DNA of 64,000 nt. Source: Oikopleura dioica (Eukaryota > Animalia > Chordata). This document shows, in pieces, positions 1-12,169 of the stretch (position 1 is its first letter; every line of letters begins with the position of its first letter). A model generated the notes under the pieces. The model made no database searches, was not told where the DNA came from, and saw only the letters and a program-made list of their open reading frames with translations. Made by a program: the position numbers and the translations under genes. Location of the stretch: contig OU015568.1 in assembly GCA_907165135.1 (NCBI GenBank), positions 5,208,001-5,272,000 on the forward strand. The letters run 5' to 3'.

Positions 1-1132
1 TTTCAAGCGATTACCAGCAGCTTGTTCCCAAGTACTCTTTCAATGCTTTAAAATCACTAGATCAAGAACAATTATTCCTCAATTTTATTTTATATTTGAT
101 CAAAGAACATAGAAAATATCATTAGGAAATAAATTTTGTTCAGACAAAATCATCATAAACAGTGGATTTTTCAGTTTCATTTTGAATGATACTTGAATGC
201 TGATCTTGGTTCTTTTATGCCTTTTGGCAAGATGCTGCAAATTAATCGGTCTTGATTAGAATCTGGGTTTTTTTGAGTATCGAAAATTTCAATTTAAAAT
301 TTTCCGCTTTGCTTTCAACAGCAAAGAAAAAAAAAAGCATCTTTCGGCCGCATAAAACAGTGTTTTCGGTGCTCACGTCAACAAGAAGCTTGACATAACC
401 CTGCATATCTTAATATTTGCGAGATTCTTTGTTCAAAAAAATATTCTTCAAGAGAAGCGAAAGACATACTTGCTACAATCTTTCACGTTCTACAGAGCGC
501 ACCTGTCATGTCAAAGCTGACACCCTTTTTTTTTCACTAATCGGAGGCGCCTGAGAAAATCAGACTCAAAAAGGGCTTCTTTCTTTAGTACAGTTTTAAA
601 ATAGATAAGTAAATTTCTTCGAAACCCGGATTTTACGCAATAATTCCATGAAATTCCAAAGATTTTTCAGCCATAAAGATTTTTCATCTGTAAGCGAAAA
701 AAAAATAGATTCCTATCAAAACCGTTAAATTCAGACCATCTTGCCGATTCGCATAAAAAGAAGAAGCCTTTTGATAAATCAGAAAGATTATTTAAATGAA
801 ACAATTTTTATAAATTTTGCTTGAGTTTTCACGTTTTGATTATTTGCTGATGATGATTTTGAAATGAAACTTTTTCATTTGCCAGTCGATTGTTAATAGA
901 ATGGGATTTTAAATAAATTGCTCTTTTAAATGAATCAATACTATTTTCAGTTATGTATTTTTTTCCTTCAGTCATTTCTGAATAAAAAATGAAACTATTC
1001 AAATAGAGATGTCGGCTCAGATTATTTGATCATAAGAAAATCAACGAAGTGGTCAATAAGAAAAGCATTTTGTTTTTTCCTCATTTTTATTATTGTTTTA
1101 ATTCTGGCAACATGCAAAAACGTAGTGTCTAC

Positions 1133-2990
1133 TCACACGCGTCGTTCTATGCAATAAGAGTGTAAATTGCGACAAAGTGTGTTCTTAGCTTTGGAACGCT
1201 CTATTCGCTCATCACTGGCCATTTGTTGCCGGTTCCATTTTTGGGACAGCGCACAAATTGACGTGTTTTTCAACCCAACGAGAATTGTTTTTCCAATCAA
1301 TTTTCGCATTTCAGTCGAAAGAGGGTAACTTTGTTCTATCAATTTTCAGGCTTTTTCTTTCTCGAAAATCATTGACCAAAACTTAACATAGGGACACCCT
1401 ATTAGTTCTAAAAATAAGTTTCATTTTTGTAAATAATTCAAATAGATCAAGGGCCAGCAGTCTGTAAACAAACCTGAATTAGAAAAAACCCATAAATAGT
1501 CGCATAGCGGCTTTTTAAAAAACGAAGCCGCAGGGCGGCTTTGCCAAAGTTCTCTAGAAAGTCAACATCAATTTCTGCCGAAGCCGCGTTGCGGCTCCAT
1601 TTTTTGAAAACCCGTTGCGCGGCCTTTTTAAGGGCTCTCTTAGAACCCTGACTCAGGTTTTTACGCAGGTTACCTTATCCTAACCTTCGCCATTAACTTA
1701 ACCCCAAACTAAGCACCTTTCGAATAACATGTTTCTATAAAGAATACTTTTGAAAATAGATTTTATTTTGAAGAATAATAACAGGCTAATCAAAAAATTG
1801 ATAAGAATTTTTTGAAAATTCGCTTTACAAAACTCGCTAATCGATCGTTACTTTCTTCGGCAGCCAAGCAAATTCGTATTTCATCTTATCTTCGTTGTAG
1901 ACTTGCTAAAATTGAACTTGAATTAGTTGGGCCGCTTTCTAAGGAGCATTTTAATTTCTCCGAATAATTCGCGCTGTTGCCCTTTTTTGATCGGATAGAG
2001 TCCCCTTTGGCTCTCCGGTTTCATGTTCGTAAGCCGCCGAGTAAAGCCGCTGCGATAGAACCTGCGACGAAAACGAACGCTCTCTGTATTCTCTGACCAA
2101 GCACCAATTAAAAGTTAATCGCCTCTTATCCTTCATAGAACTCAATTGATAACAACTTAAAGGGCTTGTTCCTACAATCACTAATTGACTTCTTATCAGG
2201 CGAAGATAATGACGTTTTTTGTTGATGGCGATGTCGATTTTTGCTGTCATCAAAATGCGATTTGAAGGGGTAGGCAGCGAAAGAGTGGAATATGGGCTGA
2301 AATTCAGCCCGGCTGAATATATTGGCGAAACTAACAAAGTGACACCCTTAATTTCAAATTACCAAATAGGCTTTGATACTTACAAAGAATTTTTTTAATT
2401 CTGAAGATTAACATGGTGACCCCCTTATTGTTGACGATCAAAAATAGCTTGGTTGATTAGTATTCTATTTTTCAAAAAAATAAGGGAGTCACTTTGTTAA
2501 ATATAAAAGAAAAGTCTGTGCTTGATAGGATTTTCTATCAATGATAATATTATGACACCCTTATTATGGGTGTCATTTTATTATTTTTTTCGAGCCGTTA
2601 TCATCCATTTTTGCAAGAAAAATGATAGTTTTATGAGGTGAAAATCTATCTGTCATCATCAAAATAATAGATTTTTATTGTTTTCGATTTGCCATAAAGA
2701 TTAAACTCGAAAGTGCCATCTCAGCACAAGATGAACTCAAATGAACAAGTCTTTCTGGCAAAACGGATAATTTCGTTATTCAAGAATAATTCTTGTGGAA
2801 ATTGTAAATTTTGCGCCGCGCCAACATGCTCGGCAAATCTGTTTCGGAAGTGGCAAATAAGATCAGCCGCAGTCGCCTCTCCCAGAAATGAAATTTTGAG
2901 GTTTCGGGCACCTACCGAAAAGACGCGTAACTCGACTTTTTTTGCTTTAGAAGGTGACTTACTCAACCACGTGGCTAGACAGTTACGATT
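1133..2990 (-). CDS. Probable multi-exon gene(s) of unknown function (exon fragments ~2721-2990, ~1951-2160, ~1133-1340)
   Basis: Three minus-strand open segments read as protein (KVELRVFSVGARNLKISFLGEATAADLICHF; WCLVREYRERSFSSQVLSQRLYSAAYEHE; PLSTEMRKLIGKTILVGLKNTSICAL). Exon linkage not resolved and no family recognised. Confidence 0.3.
1500..1671. mobile_element. Partial copy of the CCTGASTCAGG palindromic element family with internal AAGCCGC..GCGGCT repeats
   Basis: ccctgactcaggtttttacgcaggtt at 1644-1671 matches the right end of the copies at 15581, 16221, 46059, 59426 and 59915; preceded by GCCGC/GCGGC mini-palindromes. Confidence 0.6.
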
Positions 2991-3713
2991 TCAGGGAAAA
3001 ATTGTAACCACAGGACATCAAGAAGATCATCTAGAAGAAAAATTCCTAGAAAATTTCAATATAGCGAATAATATATCAGAAATTGAGCTCGAGATTGTCG
3101 ATTTTGATGATCAAAATCGGCAATTTTGGAGGAAATTTTATCAGAAATGCCCAAATTTGTCTACTAGACATCAACAATCTTGGTCAAAGATTGCCAATTA
3201 TGCTTCAAAAATATGGCCTAAGATTGTCGATATCGGCCAATCATAGGCCATTATTCGATTACAGAATCGACAATCTTGGGTCTTACTAAAGAAGCATTTT
3301 TGACAATCTTTGACTAATATTGTCACTGTTTATTAGACAATTTAAGGGAAGCCCTATCTTATCGCAAAATTTGTTTTATCACTTTATTTGTTAATTTTCA
3401 CCGAAAATAATTCGATTTTTCAACCCGTTCGCGCCTCAAAACAAATTGTGAAAACATTTTCATTTGCCAAAATACGCCCGATTCTGGAATTGAGTAAATA
3501 GACCGCGTGGTACATTTATAAGATTTACGAAACTGGCGCGGAGAGAGTCTTAGAGTCGCCGTTTTCCGAAACGGATTTTTGGCTAAACACCTTCAATTTT
3601 GCAACTCACGTTGGCCGGGGCGATTCGAGGGGTTCATCCAAAAACGGAAAAACAAGGGATTTCCATGAATAAGAATTTGACTAAATATGATACCGCGGAG
3701 ACGAAAATAAGGG

Positions 3714-3865
3714 GTGGCGTCAGGAACCGACAGAAAAATTACGACAAATTTTGCGTGGGCGACTAATCGGCTGCTGATTGGCTGGTTTGCCAATCCAGGC
3801 TTCTGAATGGTTGAAAATTTCCACGCAAAATTTGTCGAATTTTTTTTTTCTGGGTTCCAGACACC
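3714..3865. mobile_element. ~150-bp MITE (copy 1; copy 2 at 62850-62996)
   Basis: Terminal inverted repeats caggaaccgacagaaaaattacgacaaattttgcgtg / cacgcaaaatttgtcgaatttttttttctgggttccag; closely similar sequence at 62850-62996; internal ctgattgg boxes. Confidence 0.75.
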
Positions 3866-3948
3866 TCCGGCAAAAATCAAGGGCAAAAATCAACGATGTT
3901 TAAAAAAAAAACCGGAAGAGAAAGTTTTCAGACAACAAGAAATAAATC

Positions 3949-4180
3949 TCAAAATTGACCTTGATCCCTCTGAAACCCCGTGATTGCATGTTTTTACGTA
4001 CCGTGAGGCCGAGAAGATCTTTGAAAAACCAAAATAAGAAAATCATAGCTCCGTAGCCAATCGCCAGATACGCCAAGGTGTGCGCCATTACTGGATTCTA
4101 GAGGACACAAAACAGTCATTTCTTTACCCTGTTCAAGGACTTACGGCCGAACTGGTGGAGATTTTTGCATTGGCAGCCAT
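3949..4180 (-). CDS. Small single-pass membrane protein (~50 aa, 3 exons)
   Basis: ATG 4180. GT-AG intron 4144-4098 (47 nt) joins MAANAKISTSSA in frame to NPVMAHTLAYLAIGYGAMIFLFWFFKDLLGLT. A probable 32-nt GT-AG intron 4001-3970 then gives RDQGQF-stop. Confidence 0.6.
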
Positions 4181-4702
4181 CTTTTTTGCTTTCTCTCTTT
4201 AATTTTCGCTTTCGTTTTCGTGAAGGATTAATAGTGTCGAATCTCCTGAGCTCGTAAAAGTTGGAAGCGTCAAGCAGACTCAGCCGAACTCGGAGAGTCA
4301 TTAAAATCGGTTGACTCTGGGAATCGTGTGGCGAATGGATTTGAATAATTTTTGAATATCAAAATAAAATTAACAAAATTGAGTTTTTCTTTGAATCAAG
4401 TTCAATTATTGTACGATAAAATAAACATTCCATATGCGTTTCAAAGTAAACTTGTCTTATTTTCCGCATCAATTATCGAATTCAAGGTCAAGAATAATCA
4501 AGTAAAGATGGTGATATTAGTGCATTTATCGGTAAATCGAATCCGTTGCCAGCAGAATTGGTAAATACGGTATCTCATTGATAGTCTTCCGGGTCTTATT
4601 CCGGACTCTTTATAATTGGCTTGTTTTGCATGAAACTGACTAAAATTTCCGAGTCTGTTTCAAAATGGACGCGTCGAAAAACGAGGACATAGCTCCTGTA
4701 AA

Positions 4703-5647
4703 ATGGAGCAAGAAGAGAAAGATTGGATTTTGGGCTTCGGTTATTTGTATGTTTTGTTGATAAATTCTTGCTTTTTTAAGTTTTTAGTCGTTCTTTGTTG
4801 TACCATCGGCGCCATTCTTCCTCCAATTTTAACTCGATCTTCAAAAACAACGCCGTCGACCACGACAACAACTCCATCGACGACAACAACTTCAAAAACT
4901 ACGATTTCGACTTCAAAAACAACAACAACGATGCAGACCTCTCAAAGCACTGAAAAAACAAAAACAACGAAAGAAGATACGACAACCATGATAACCACTG
5001 AAGAATCAAAAACAACAGCAATAAATTCTCCACCACAAAAATTCGGACACATTTGCAAGGATTATGATGGCGATGGTTGTAATGGGGTAATCTGCATTGG
5101 CTAAAAATTTCAAATCTCATGCGAATCAATTTTAGAGATATATGACTTATTATGATGGATATCTTTATGCCGATAATGATGCTTTGATGCGCAATGCATC
5201 TGTTGTCCTATTAGACAATGAACATGTCAAATTTGGAATAGTCGACCCTGAATATGATAATATCTATTATGCCTACCGTTTTAATGGGTACGAAGATGGT
5301 GCTTATATAGAAACGGATACTAATGACCATGGTGAAATGTCTACATGGAAAATCGTCTACCACCAAGCATTGGTTTATATTCACAAAATCTCAATAATCC
5401 TTATATTTCAAGAAAAAATATATTTAAGCTGAAAAGTAATGTAACATAACTAATATTCCTTAGTTAGAAATCCTTACTCTTATTATATAAGAAAAACCTT
5501 TCGAAAGATGGAATAAGCTTCTATATTTTCGATGTGGAAGAAGAGTATGGCCTGTTTGATCCTGCAGGAGATGAAATGGCGAAACTAAGGCTCTATAGTA
5601 ACAATGAAAAGTACGCTCGCTGGGTTTTTGTTGAATTGTCGGACTAG
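4703..5647 (+). CDS. Type II-like membrane/secreted protein with Thr-rich mucin stalk and acidic/aromatic C-terminal domain
   Basis: MEQEEKDWILGF|VVLCCTIGAILPPIL (hydrophobic anchor after an in-frame 48-nt intron), TTPSTTTTTPSTTTTSKTT stalk, CKDYDGDGCNGVICI, a GC-AG intron at ~5100-5137, DMTYYDGYLYADND..., final exon ...YARWVFVELSD-stop at 5647. Confidence 0.7.
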
Positions 5648-6455
5648 CGCTGTTTTTGCAATAAATTCTCTATATACTGCTGTTGACATATATGACCCAA
5701 TAAATGAAAATTATTTTTGTTTAAAAAATTTCTAAACGCTCAGAATAAATGCTTGTTAACGCGTTATCTAAAAACAAAATTCTCTAGTCTACCTCGGCTT
5801 CTATAAGTGGCACCTTGAATGGGCGGCGTTAGGGATGTTTTGGAAAGATTGGACGGCTAAGGGTTAACCGCAGCTACCGTTGGAAAACATTGCGTGAACT
5901 GAAAATGTACGTTGCGGCGGGAGGGACGAAGAGAAGCTCAAATTGGGAAGCTAGCGACTTCCGCAACGCTAGTTCGGAAAAAAATGATAACGAAAATAAG
6001 AAGGGCCTTACAGACAGAAACTTTCGCTTTCGCAACTTCAGTTTTGAGAAAAATTTTTAATCTCCAGTTTTAAGTTCATGCGATTCTGGCATCTTTTATT
6101 GATAAGGAGGATGATGGAAGTATTTCAAGAGCTGATAAGAGAGCGATCGTATCAGTAGCACTATCGGGATCATTTCAAGCACCTGCTGCGCGAAAAAACG
6201 GTTACTAAACGATCCTTGCGGTTTTTAAATAAGGCAAGCATTATTCCCTTTTTTGAAACCGAAAGTGTCGATTAGAAAAAGTTTCGGTGATCCCCTTAGA
6301 TCAGCAAGATGTTGTTATTGATGGGCGAAAACGGAGCTGTGGAGGGATAGAATGTGATATCATTGTTAGTCTGGGCAACTTTGCATGGCGGGCATTGGCC
6401 AAGTTCTCGGTGAACTGAGATTTCTTCAAAAAAAGGGTTGAAAAGTGCAAAAGAT

Positions 6456-6537
6456 CGCTGCGAACAGGATTCGAACCTGCGCGGGGAGACCCCAAGAGAT
6501 TTCTAATCTCTCGCCTTAACCACTCGGCCATCGCAGC
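6456..6537 (-). tRNA. tRNA-Ser (anticodon AGA), 82 nt, long variable arm, intronless
   Basis: Reverse complement GCTGCGATGGCCGAGTGGTTAAGGCGAGAGATTAGAAATCTCTTGGGGTCTCCCCGCGCAGGTTCGAATCCTGTTCGCAGCG has the acceptor stem, A box, GTTCGAATC B box and AGA anticodon loop; TTTT Pol III terminator lies a few nt downstream. Confidence 0.97.
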
Positions 6538-7379
6538 TGCGAGCATTTGGCGCTAGAATTGCGACAGTATCGGTCGTGATTTTACGCTTTCGATTTTAGA
6601 ACAAGAAGAAAGGTCAGGCAGTAATCTGTTGAGCGAATGAAACTCGCAGCGGAACAGGAAGAAACTGGTCACGTGAGTTGGCCGAGGCGCAATAAGCTTC
6701 TGGGTAAGCTGCGGTCTACCCGCCGCAAGAGGTATTCTTTAGGCTCAACTCAAATGCAAAACTCGCTCTCTTGAGCTAATTTGGTCAGAAGCAATTATCG
6801 GAAGGACATTTTATGTGGCCACCAGCCGCTTTTCTGTTTCACTCCACCTTTTATGAGTGAATATCTTTATTCGAGATTTGCTCAAAAGAATAACACGGTG
6901 ATGCCCTTATTTTTAATATAAAAGTCCCCATTTTAAGGGGCAAGACATCATTAATCGTGGTTTTCGAGATAATTTTTCGGGTAGAAATATTTGCTCAATG
7001 GCCCATTGACAATGGGGACCCCTTAATTTTTGAATAAAAACATGGGCATTTCTGCTCAAAAAATTCGCTTATCGATATTCTATCGATTATTCTTACGAAA
7101 TAACCTCTAAGCCAGCCAAAAAAAAGCCGCTGAAACATTTCCCCCGTGTCAAGTGCCGCCCTCGAATTCAGAATCGTGTGTTTTTCTTCTGTCTGAGAGC
7201 TGGGTACAGCCGCGTGAGGATTGTGACTCCAGTAGAGACTCGTCCGGCCCCGGACATAGCGAAACGTTGATAAGGCGTTAGTTGGCTTTTTTGTCCAGCG
7301 CATCCGGACGTTTACATGTGAATTAACCAAAAACTGGAGCCCACTCCTTTCCCACAAAGAACAAGAAGATATGCTATTG

Positions 7380-7410
7380 AAATCAAGAAGCCGCTTGCGG
7401 CTTCGAGGGT
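7380..7410. repeat. AAGCCGCTTGCGGCTT mini-palindrome family member
   Basis: aatcaagaagccgcttgcggcttcgag is the same unit as at 15808-15910, 37390-37420 and 45330-45400. Confidence 0.6.
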
Positions 7411-7778
7411 AACATGAGGAAAAAGCCGCGCTCCGTTAAGGAGTTTAACTGAAAAATAGAGTCTTTCCCCTTTGAATGAGAGTTTTATTCAAAGTACATG
7501 ATAGATGAGCGGAGGTTGAATAAGCGTTTTCCAAGTTGGCGGTTTGGAAGGGATATCAATAAAAGTTGCATGTCGTGGCTCTCAAGAGACATCCGACGAG
7601 CCGCGGAACAGGATCATCCGCGGATAAGACCAAGCGCTGCAATGGCTACGTAACCGCCTGTTCGGAACCCGCTTTTGGCATTCTGATTAACCCTAATCAC
7701 GACTTTCTATACAGGAAAATAGAAGTAAAATAGAACCATCAAAAGGCTCGTCCACCCTCTGATTTTTCTGATTTTTCA

Positions 7779-7875
7779 CCTGAGTCAGGAACCTGTATCA
7801 AAACCTGTGTCAGGGTCAAAAATGAATGCGGCTTTGCGTTTCAGAAAAGCCGCATTGCGGCTTTAAGCGGCCTTT
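7779..7875. mobile_element. Partial CCTGAGTCAGG-family element plus GCCGC/GCGGC array
   Basis: cctgagtcaggaacctgtatcaaaacctgtgtcagggtc followed by gcggctt..aagccgcattgcggctt. Confidence 0.55.
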
Positions 7876-8328
7876 TTCGGACTCTTGTTTGATTTCCGAA
7901 AATCTGTTGTCTAGAATACAGTTGCGGGATCGAAATTATACCACTGAACTTCGCTCAATCCTGAACCTATGTAGTAAGCAAAAATTGCCCTGTCAAAAAG
8001 TCAACGTGCCTCTAGTAATTATTTTGGCATATCTGATGTACGCGTGTAAGCGGCTCCGCTCCAATGATGTCTCTTTCAGCTTTTAGAAATAAGCGCACTT
8101 TTTTGATCAACGCTCGCTCTATCGCCATGTTTTGCGTGGCAGTAATCGCTGTACTTACAGATTAATTACATCAAAACCGCTTCGACCTACCAACTTTCCA
8201 TTTTCATAATTTATCAATAGTTTGAACTTAATTTGAGTTTTGCTTTGCAGATTTTAGTGTGTGCGGAGGTCTAAAAGTTTCAAAAGCGGATTGAGTACCG
8301 TCGACCGTTATCGCCAGCCAGGTGCGGC

Positions 8329-8580
8329 TCAGGCTTCTTTTAGAAAAAGCTCAATTATTCCACGAGCACTTTCCGAGCGAAACGTGTTCAATACTAGGAA
8401 CAGACAGTCAAGAGCCAATTGGTAATAAGGAATTAAAATTGAAGAAGAATCTTTATTTTCAAGAAAATTTAAGTTATCAACGAACATAGTTGAAAATGTA
8501 AGATTCACAAGAGTTGATTGAATGAAAACATTCCGAATTGCCTGTTCTTTCATCTTCAAATAAATAATAAATCCCATTGC
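8329..8580 (-). CDS. Possible terminal exon of an unknown gene
   Basis: Open minus-strand segment ...AIRNVFIQSTLVNLTFSTMFVDNLNFLENKDSSSILIPYYQLALDCLFLVLNTFRSESARGIIELFLKEA-stop; upstream exons not resolved. Confidence 0.3.
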   Translation of the reverse strand, partial: AMGFIIYLKMKEQAIRNVFIQSTLVNLTFSTMFVDNLNFLENKDSSSILIPYYQLALDCLFLVLNTFRSESARGIIELFLKEA

Positions 8581-9216
8581 ACTTTTTTTTTTGAAAAAAT
8601 GCATCGAAATTTTCTTTTTATAATCGTCTCATTTTAAATTCTCTTGAAAAGGCAAGGAAAATGCTGCTTTTAAACGAGTTTGATAAAGATCAGCTAGAGT
8701 TTTTCAAGAAATTTAGGCCTCTTTTATTTAAATACCCCAGTTTTATTCCATATCAATGATATGAATCTCAAATAAGCGGCAAATAGGCCAGTAGATCCAT
8801 CTCGGCGTAAGATTTGTTTGCATTCTACTGTAAGAAGCTTTGAAGTCTAATACACTTAGAAATTGTTTTGTTGAATAAAACAGTATCTCCACGAATTCAG
8901 TAATGGGATAATTTCGTGCGAAAGAAGCTCAATTTAGTTTTGCAAATTGTTTTGGATCTTTTGTCGCATAAAACGTGAATACGAGAAAGCTCGCATGCGC
9001 CAAGAAATTCGTTTTTTCTTTATTCTTGGTCGGCGAGGCGGAAGCTTCTGTGAATTTTTAACTTAGCGCGAGTTCCACAGATATGAATCTTTTTGTCATT
9101 TTCAAATGACCTAAGCAACTTTTCTCCTGTTTCCATGACCTTGTAAATAGAATGGTCGTCTCTAGAATTAGTGTTGAAGATGTTGTGGCGACGGTAAAAG
9201 TAATCAGTTACAAGTT

Positions 9217-10976
9217 ATGAGTTATTTTGACGACTACCAGTTCGGCGATGGAAATAAAGATCAGTGGGGATCAGCCTTTGATTCTGACTACGGTTTCGGG
9301 CAAACCCCTCAGGATACAGCTGTTACAATGCCGCAGGCAGCAGAGACATCGCAGTGGGCTCCTGTCGCTCCCATGAATAATAACACAAGCTCTTCATTCA
9401 ACACCAATTCTCACTTTTCTCCAGTCCAAGCAGCTCCACTCCAAGCTGCTCCGATCCAAGCTGGTCCAGTGACTCCAGTCCAAGCTTTACCAGCCGCGGC
9501 CCCTCAAGAACATGTAGAAATTTATCGAGCGCCGATTTTACGATCTCATGCAGATCTTGTCATCGATCCAGAAATGAAACTTTTGTATAAATTACAAGAG
9601 AAATTCAGGAAATCGAACTCAATTTCTTGACCTCGAAAACCGGAATAAAAAATTAAAATCGATTAAAAAGAGCCGAGAAAGGAGCCGACATTCAATTGCG
9701 AAAAGAAAGACTCTATCAATTTCTACTGATCATTCAAAGCCGAGATATAAATTTCGGCGATCGTCCGGCCTCGTTTCCTCTAACAGCTGCGAATTTCCGA
9801 GAAGCCAGCCCAAGTTTTGTGAGCTACGTTATTGGTGGAGTCCTTCCAGGTAGAATAGCTACTTATGGCTTACGGACTAGAAGTGATCGACGTTCATAAA
9901 ATCTTTCTTTCAGGCGTTCAACAAGATTTGGCTCCATGCGCTAACTCTTCTTACGATGATCGTCTCTATCAATTTCCGGTAGAAAAAACCTTTTGTGGAG
10001 ACAAACCAATGTGGGACGAGACAAAGCCTCCTTCAGAAGAAGACATGATGATCATGGAAGTTGTGAGTTAAGGACCCCCCCCATCAAGATGAATTTCGTC
10101 AAAATTTTCTTTATTTTTTGGTCTTTTTGGGTTATTTAGACAACGAGGAGAAGTTTTTATGTTGAAAATTTTTTCGCTGCTTTAGAAATTCTTGACGAAA
10201 ATTGGCTTTAAAAAGTGGAAATTTGCATTATATTTTTTATGAAAATCCTTGGTTTGCTATTTTTTCATTACAATTAAGGGTATACCCATCTAAAAATGCA
10301 TTTCCATCATAAAAACGGTAAGAAAAACATAATCGAAGGCAGTTTATTAAACAAAAACAGAAAATGGAAATCTGGAAATTTGCCTAATATTCGACTTATA
10401 AGTTTTTAAAAGGGGTGTCCTCCTTAAGTTCGTTGACCAAAAACTCTCAAAAGAGGAACGGTCGTAGCTTAGGGCCTTAACTTTATCCTGTAAAAAAATT
10501 AAGGGTATACCTCAACTAAAATTCTAAAAAAATCTTTCACTAAGCAACTTTACCTTTAATGGCCTGTATACCCTTGTAAATTTGTAATCGAGAGATCATC
10601 ATAAGGGGAACGGTTGCAGCCGAGGGTTGGATCTAAAGGTAGCAAGTGAAAATAAGGATCTACCTAAGATAGTTTCTGAGAAAAACTTTCACTAAAAAGG
10701 CTCATTTTCACGATTCTTGATGGGGGTCCTTAAAACTCAATTTTTCAAAGAACAGCTTATTTGATATTTTTTAAGACTGGTTGGAGCAAAGAACAACTGT
10801 ACGCAGGAATGAAGGAGGTCCAAACAGCATGTGAGAAATTTCATGTTTTGATTTTTACTTAAAACCTTAATTCAGTGACCTATCAATACAACGCCTTCAT
10901 GATCATAAGATGTGCTGCGCCCTTCGTCTTTTTCATATGGCTCATGATGGCTCTCAACGGTAGAGTAAGAACTTAA
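9217..10976 (+). CDS. Unknown protein, tandem paralog A (Gln/Pro/Ala-rich N-terminus plus conserved C-terminal domain)
   Basis: Shares LRKERL.QFL.IIQSRDI, FPLT..NF.EAS.SFV..VI, DDRLYQ.PV..TFCG, MIME(V/I)|TGWSK.QLY.GM with paralog B. Introns at 9609-9670 (GA-AG), ~9851-9881 and ~10063-10776. 3' end approximate. Confidence 0.8.
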
Positions 10977-11144
10977 AAACTGAAGAAACAATTTCACTGA
11001 AACATAATGAATTTCATAAATCGTCAGAATAACTCGTCAAAATAAAAAAAATAATGACTTTGATGGATTCCACCTATTATCTCTGCATCGGTTCTCTAGA
11101 ATTTATTTAAAAATATTATGAAGGTCTTAAAAATCTAGCCAGTT

Positions 11145-12014
11145 ATGAGCCTTTTCGAGGATCACAATGAGAGACGAAATGATCAGTGGTCGTCAGTCGA
11201 AACTTATCGAGTAGCACCAATAGAAATTGACGACAATGAAAATATTTTGCACAAAATCCAGAAGAAATTCAGAGCTGACGAGTTTGCCCATCTTCGTTTG
11301 CGAAAAGAAAGACTTCGTCAATTTTTACAAATTATTCAAAGCCGCGACATCGAAATGTTCCCTCAAATAGGCAATAAAAAGGGACCACCGAAATTTCCCT
11401 TGACTACTGAAAATTTCATAGAAGCATCTTCAAGTTTCGTTGCTTTTGTTATTCATGAGGTTTTTCCAGGTTTATCAATATCAATCTATTTATTTTCAAA
11501 ATTTTGTAGGTGATCCTGCGAATAACAGTACTTTTCGTATCTCAAATCGGCTTTGTTATCCTGGCTGTTTACTGAGGGTTTGTTGTTGCTGGAATTCGCA
11601 CGACGACCGACTTTATCAATACCCAGTGAAAGCGACTTTCTGTGGAATAAAATCGGCTTGGGATGAAACAATGCCGCTTTCGGATGAGAATCGGATGATT
11701 ATGGAAATTGTGAGTTAATTAGTGACTCAAAACTATAGTTTTTCTACATTTCTTTTGGCACAAAATTCACTTTTTCGTTTAGACTGGTTGGAGTAAAGAC
11801 CAACTATACAATGGAATGACAGAACTTCAAGAAAAAGTAAGGAAAAAAAACTAATGTCTATAAAAATAATTTTAGTCAATAAACGGTTCCGAAATTTCTT
11901 GATTCTCCGAATTATTGTCATCCTCGTGCCAACTCTCTATTTGACAGCCATAATCTCGAGCATCATCATAAGAAAGAAAAATATCGAGTCAGAAGAAGAA
12001 TGAAAAATCACTAG
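11145..12014 (+). CDS. Unknown protein, tandem paralog B
   Basis: Motif-by-motif similarity to paralog A. The apparent GTGAGTTAA 'stop' is a splice donor leading to exon TGWSKDQLYNGMTELQEK, then a last exon ...HHHKKEKYRVRRRMKNH-stop at 12014. Confidence 0.8.
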
Positions 12015-12169
12015 AAGAATATTTGTCATTATTATTTATAATTCATAAAGACTTTGATTGATAAATAAATTCAATTTGTTCGAATTTATTCAAAACAAGC
12101 TAGGGCAGATTGAAAAGTACGTTTATTTCTAATTTGAGGATGTGTCAAACACTGCAAATTGGTGGCAAA

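Noticed and set aside
2713-3289. 177-aa and 68-aa plus-strand ORFs
   Set aside because: Non-ATG starts. The 3' half is built from GACAATCTT/AAGATTGTC inverted repeats, and the opposite strand (2721-2966) reads more like protein.
6301-6546. 81-aa minus-strand ORF
   Set aside because: It is the translation of the tRNA-Ser gene and its flank.
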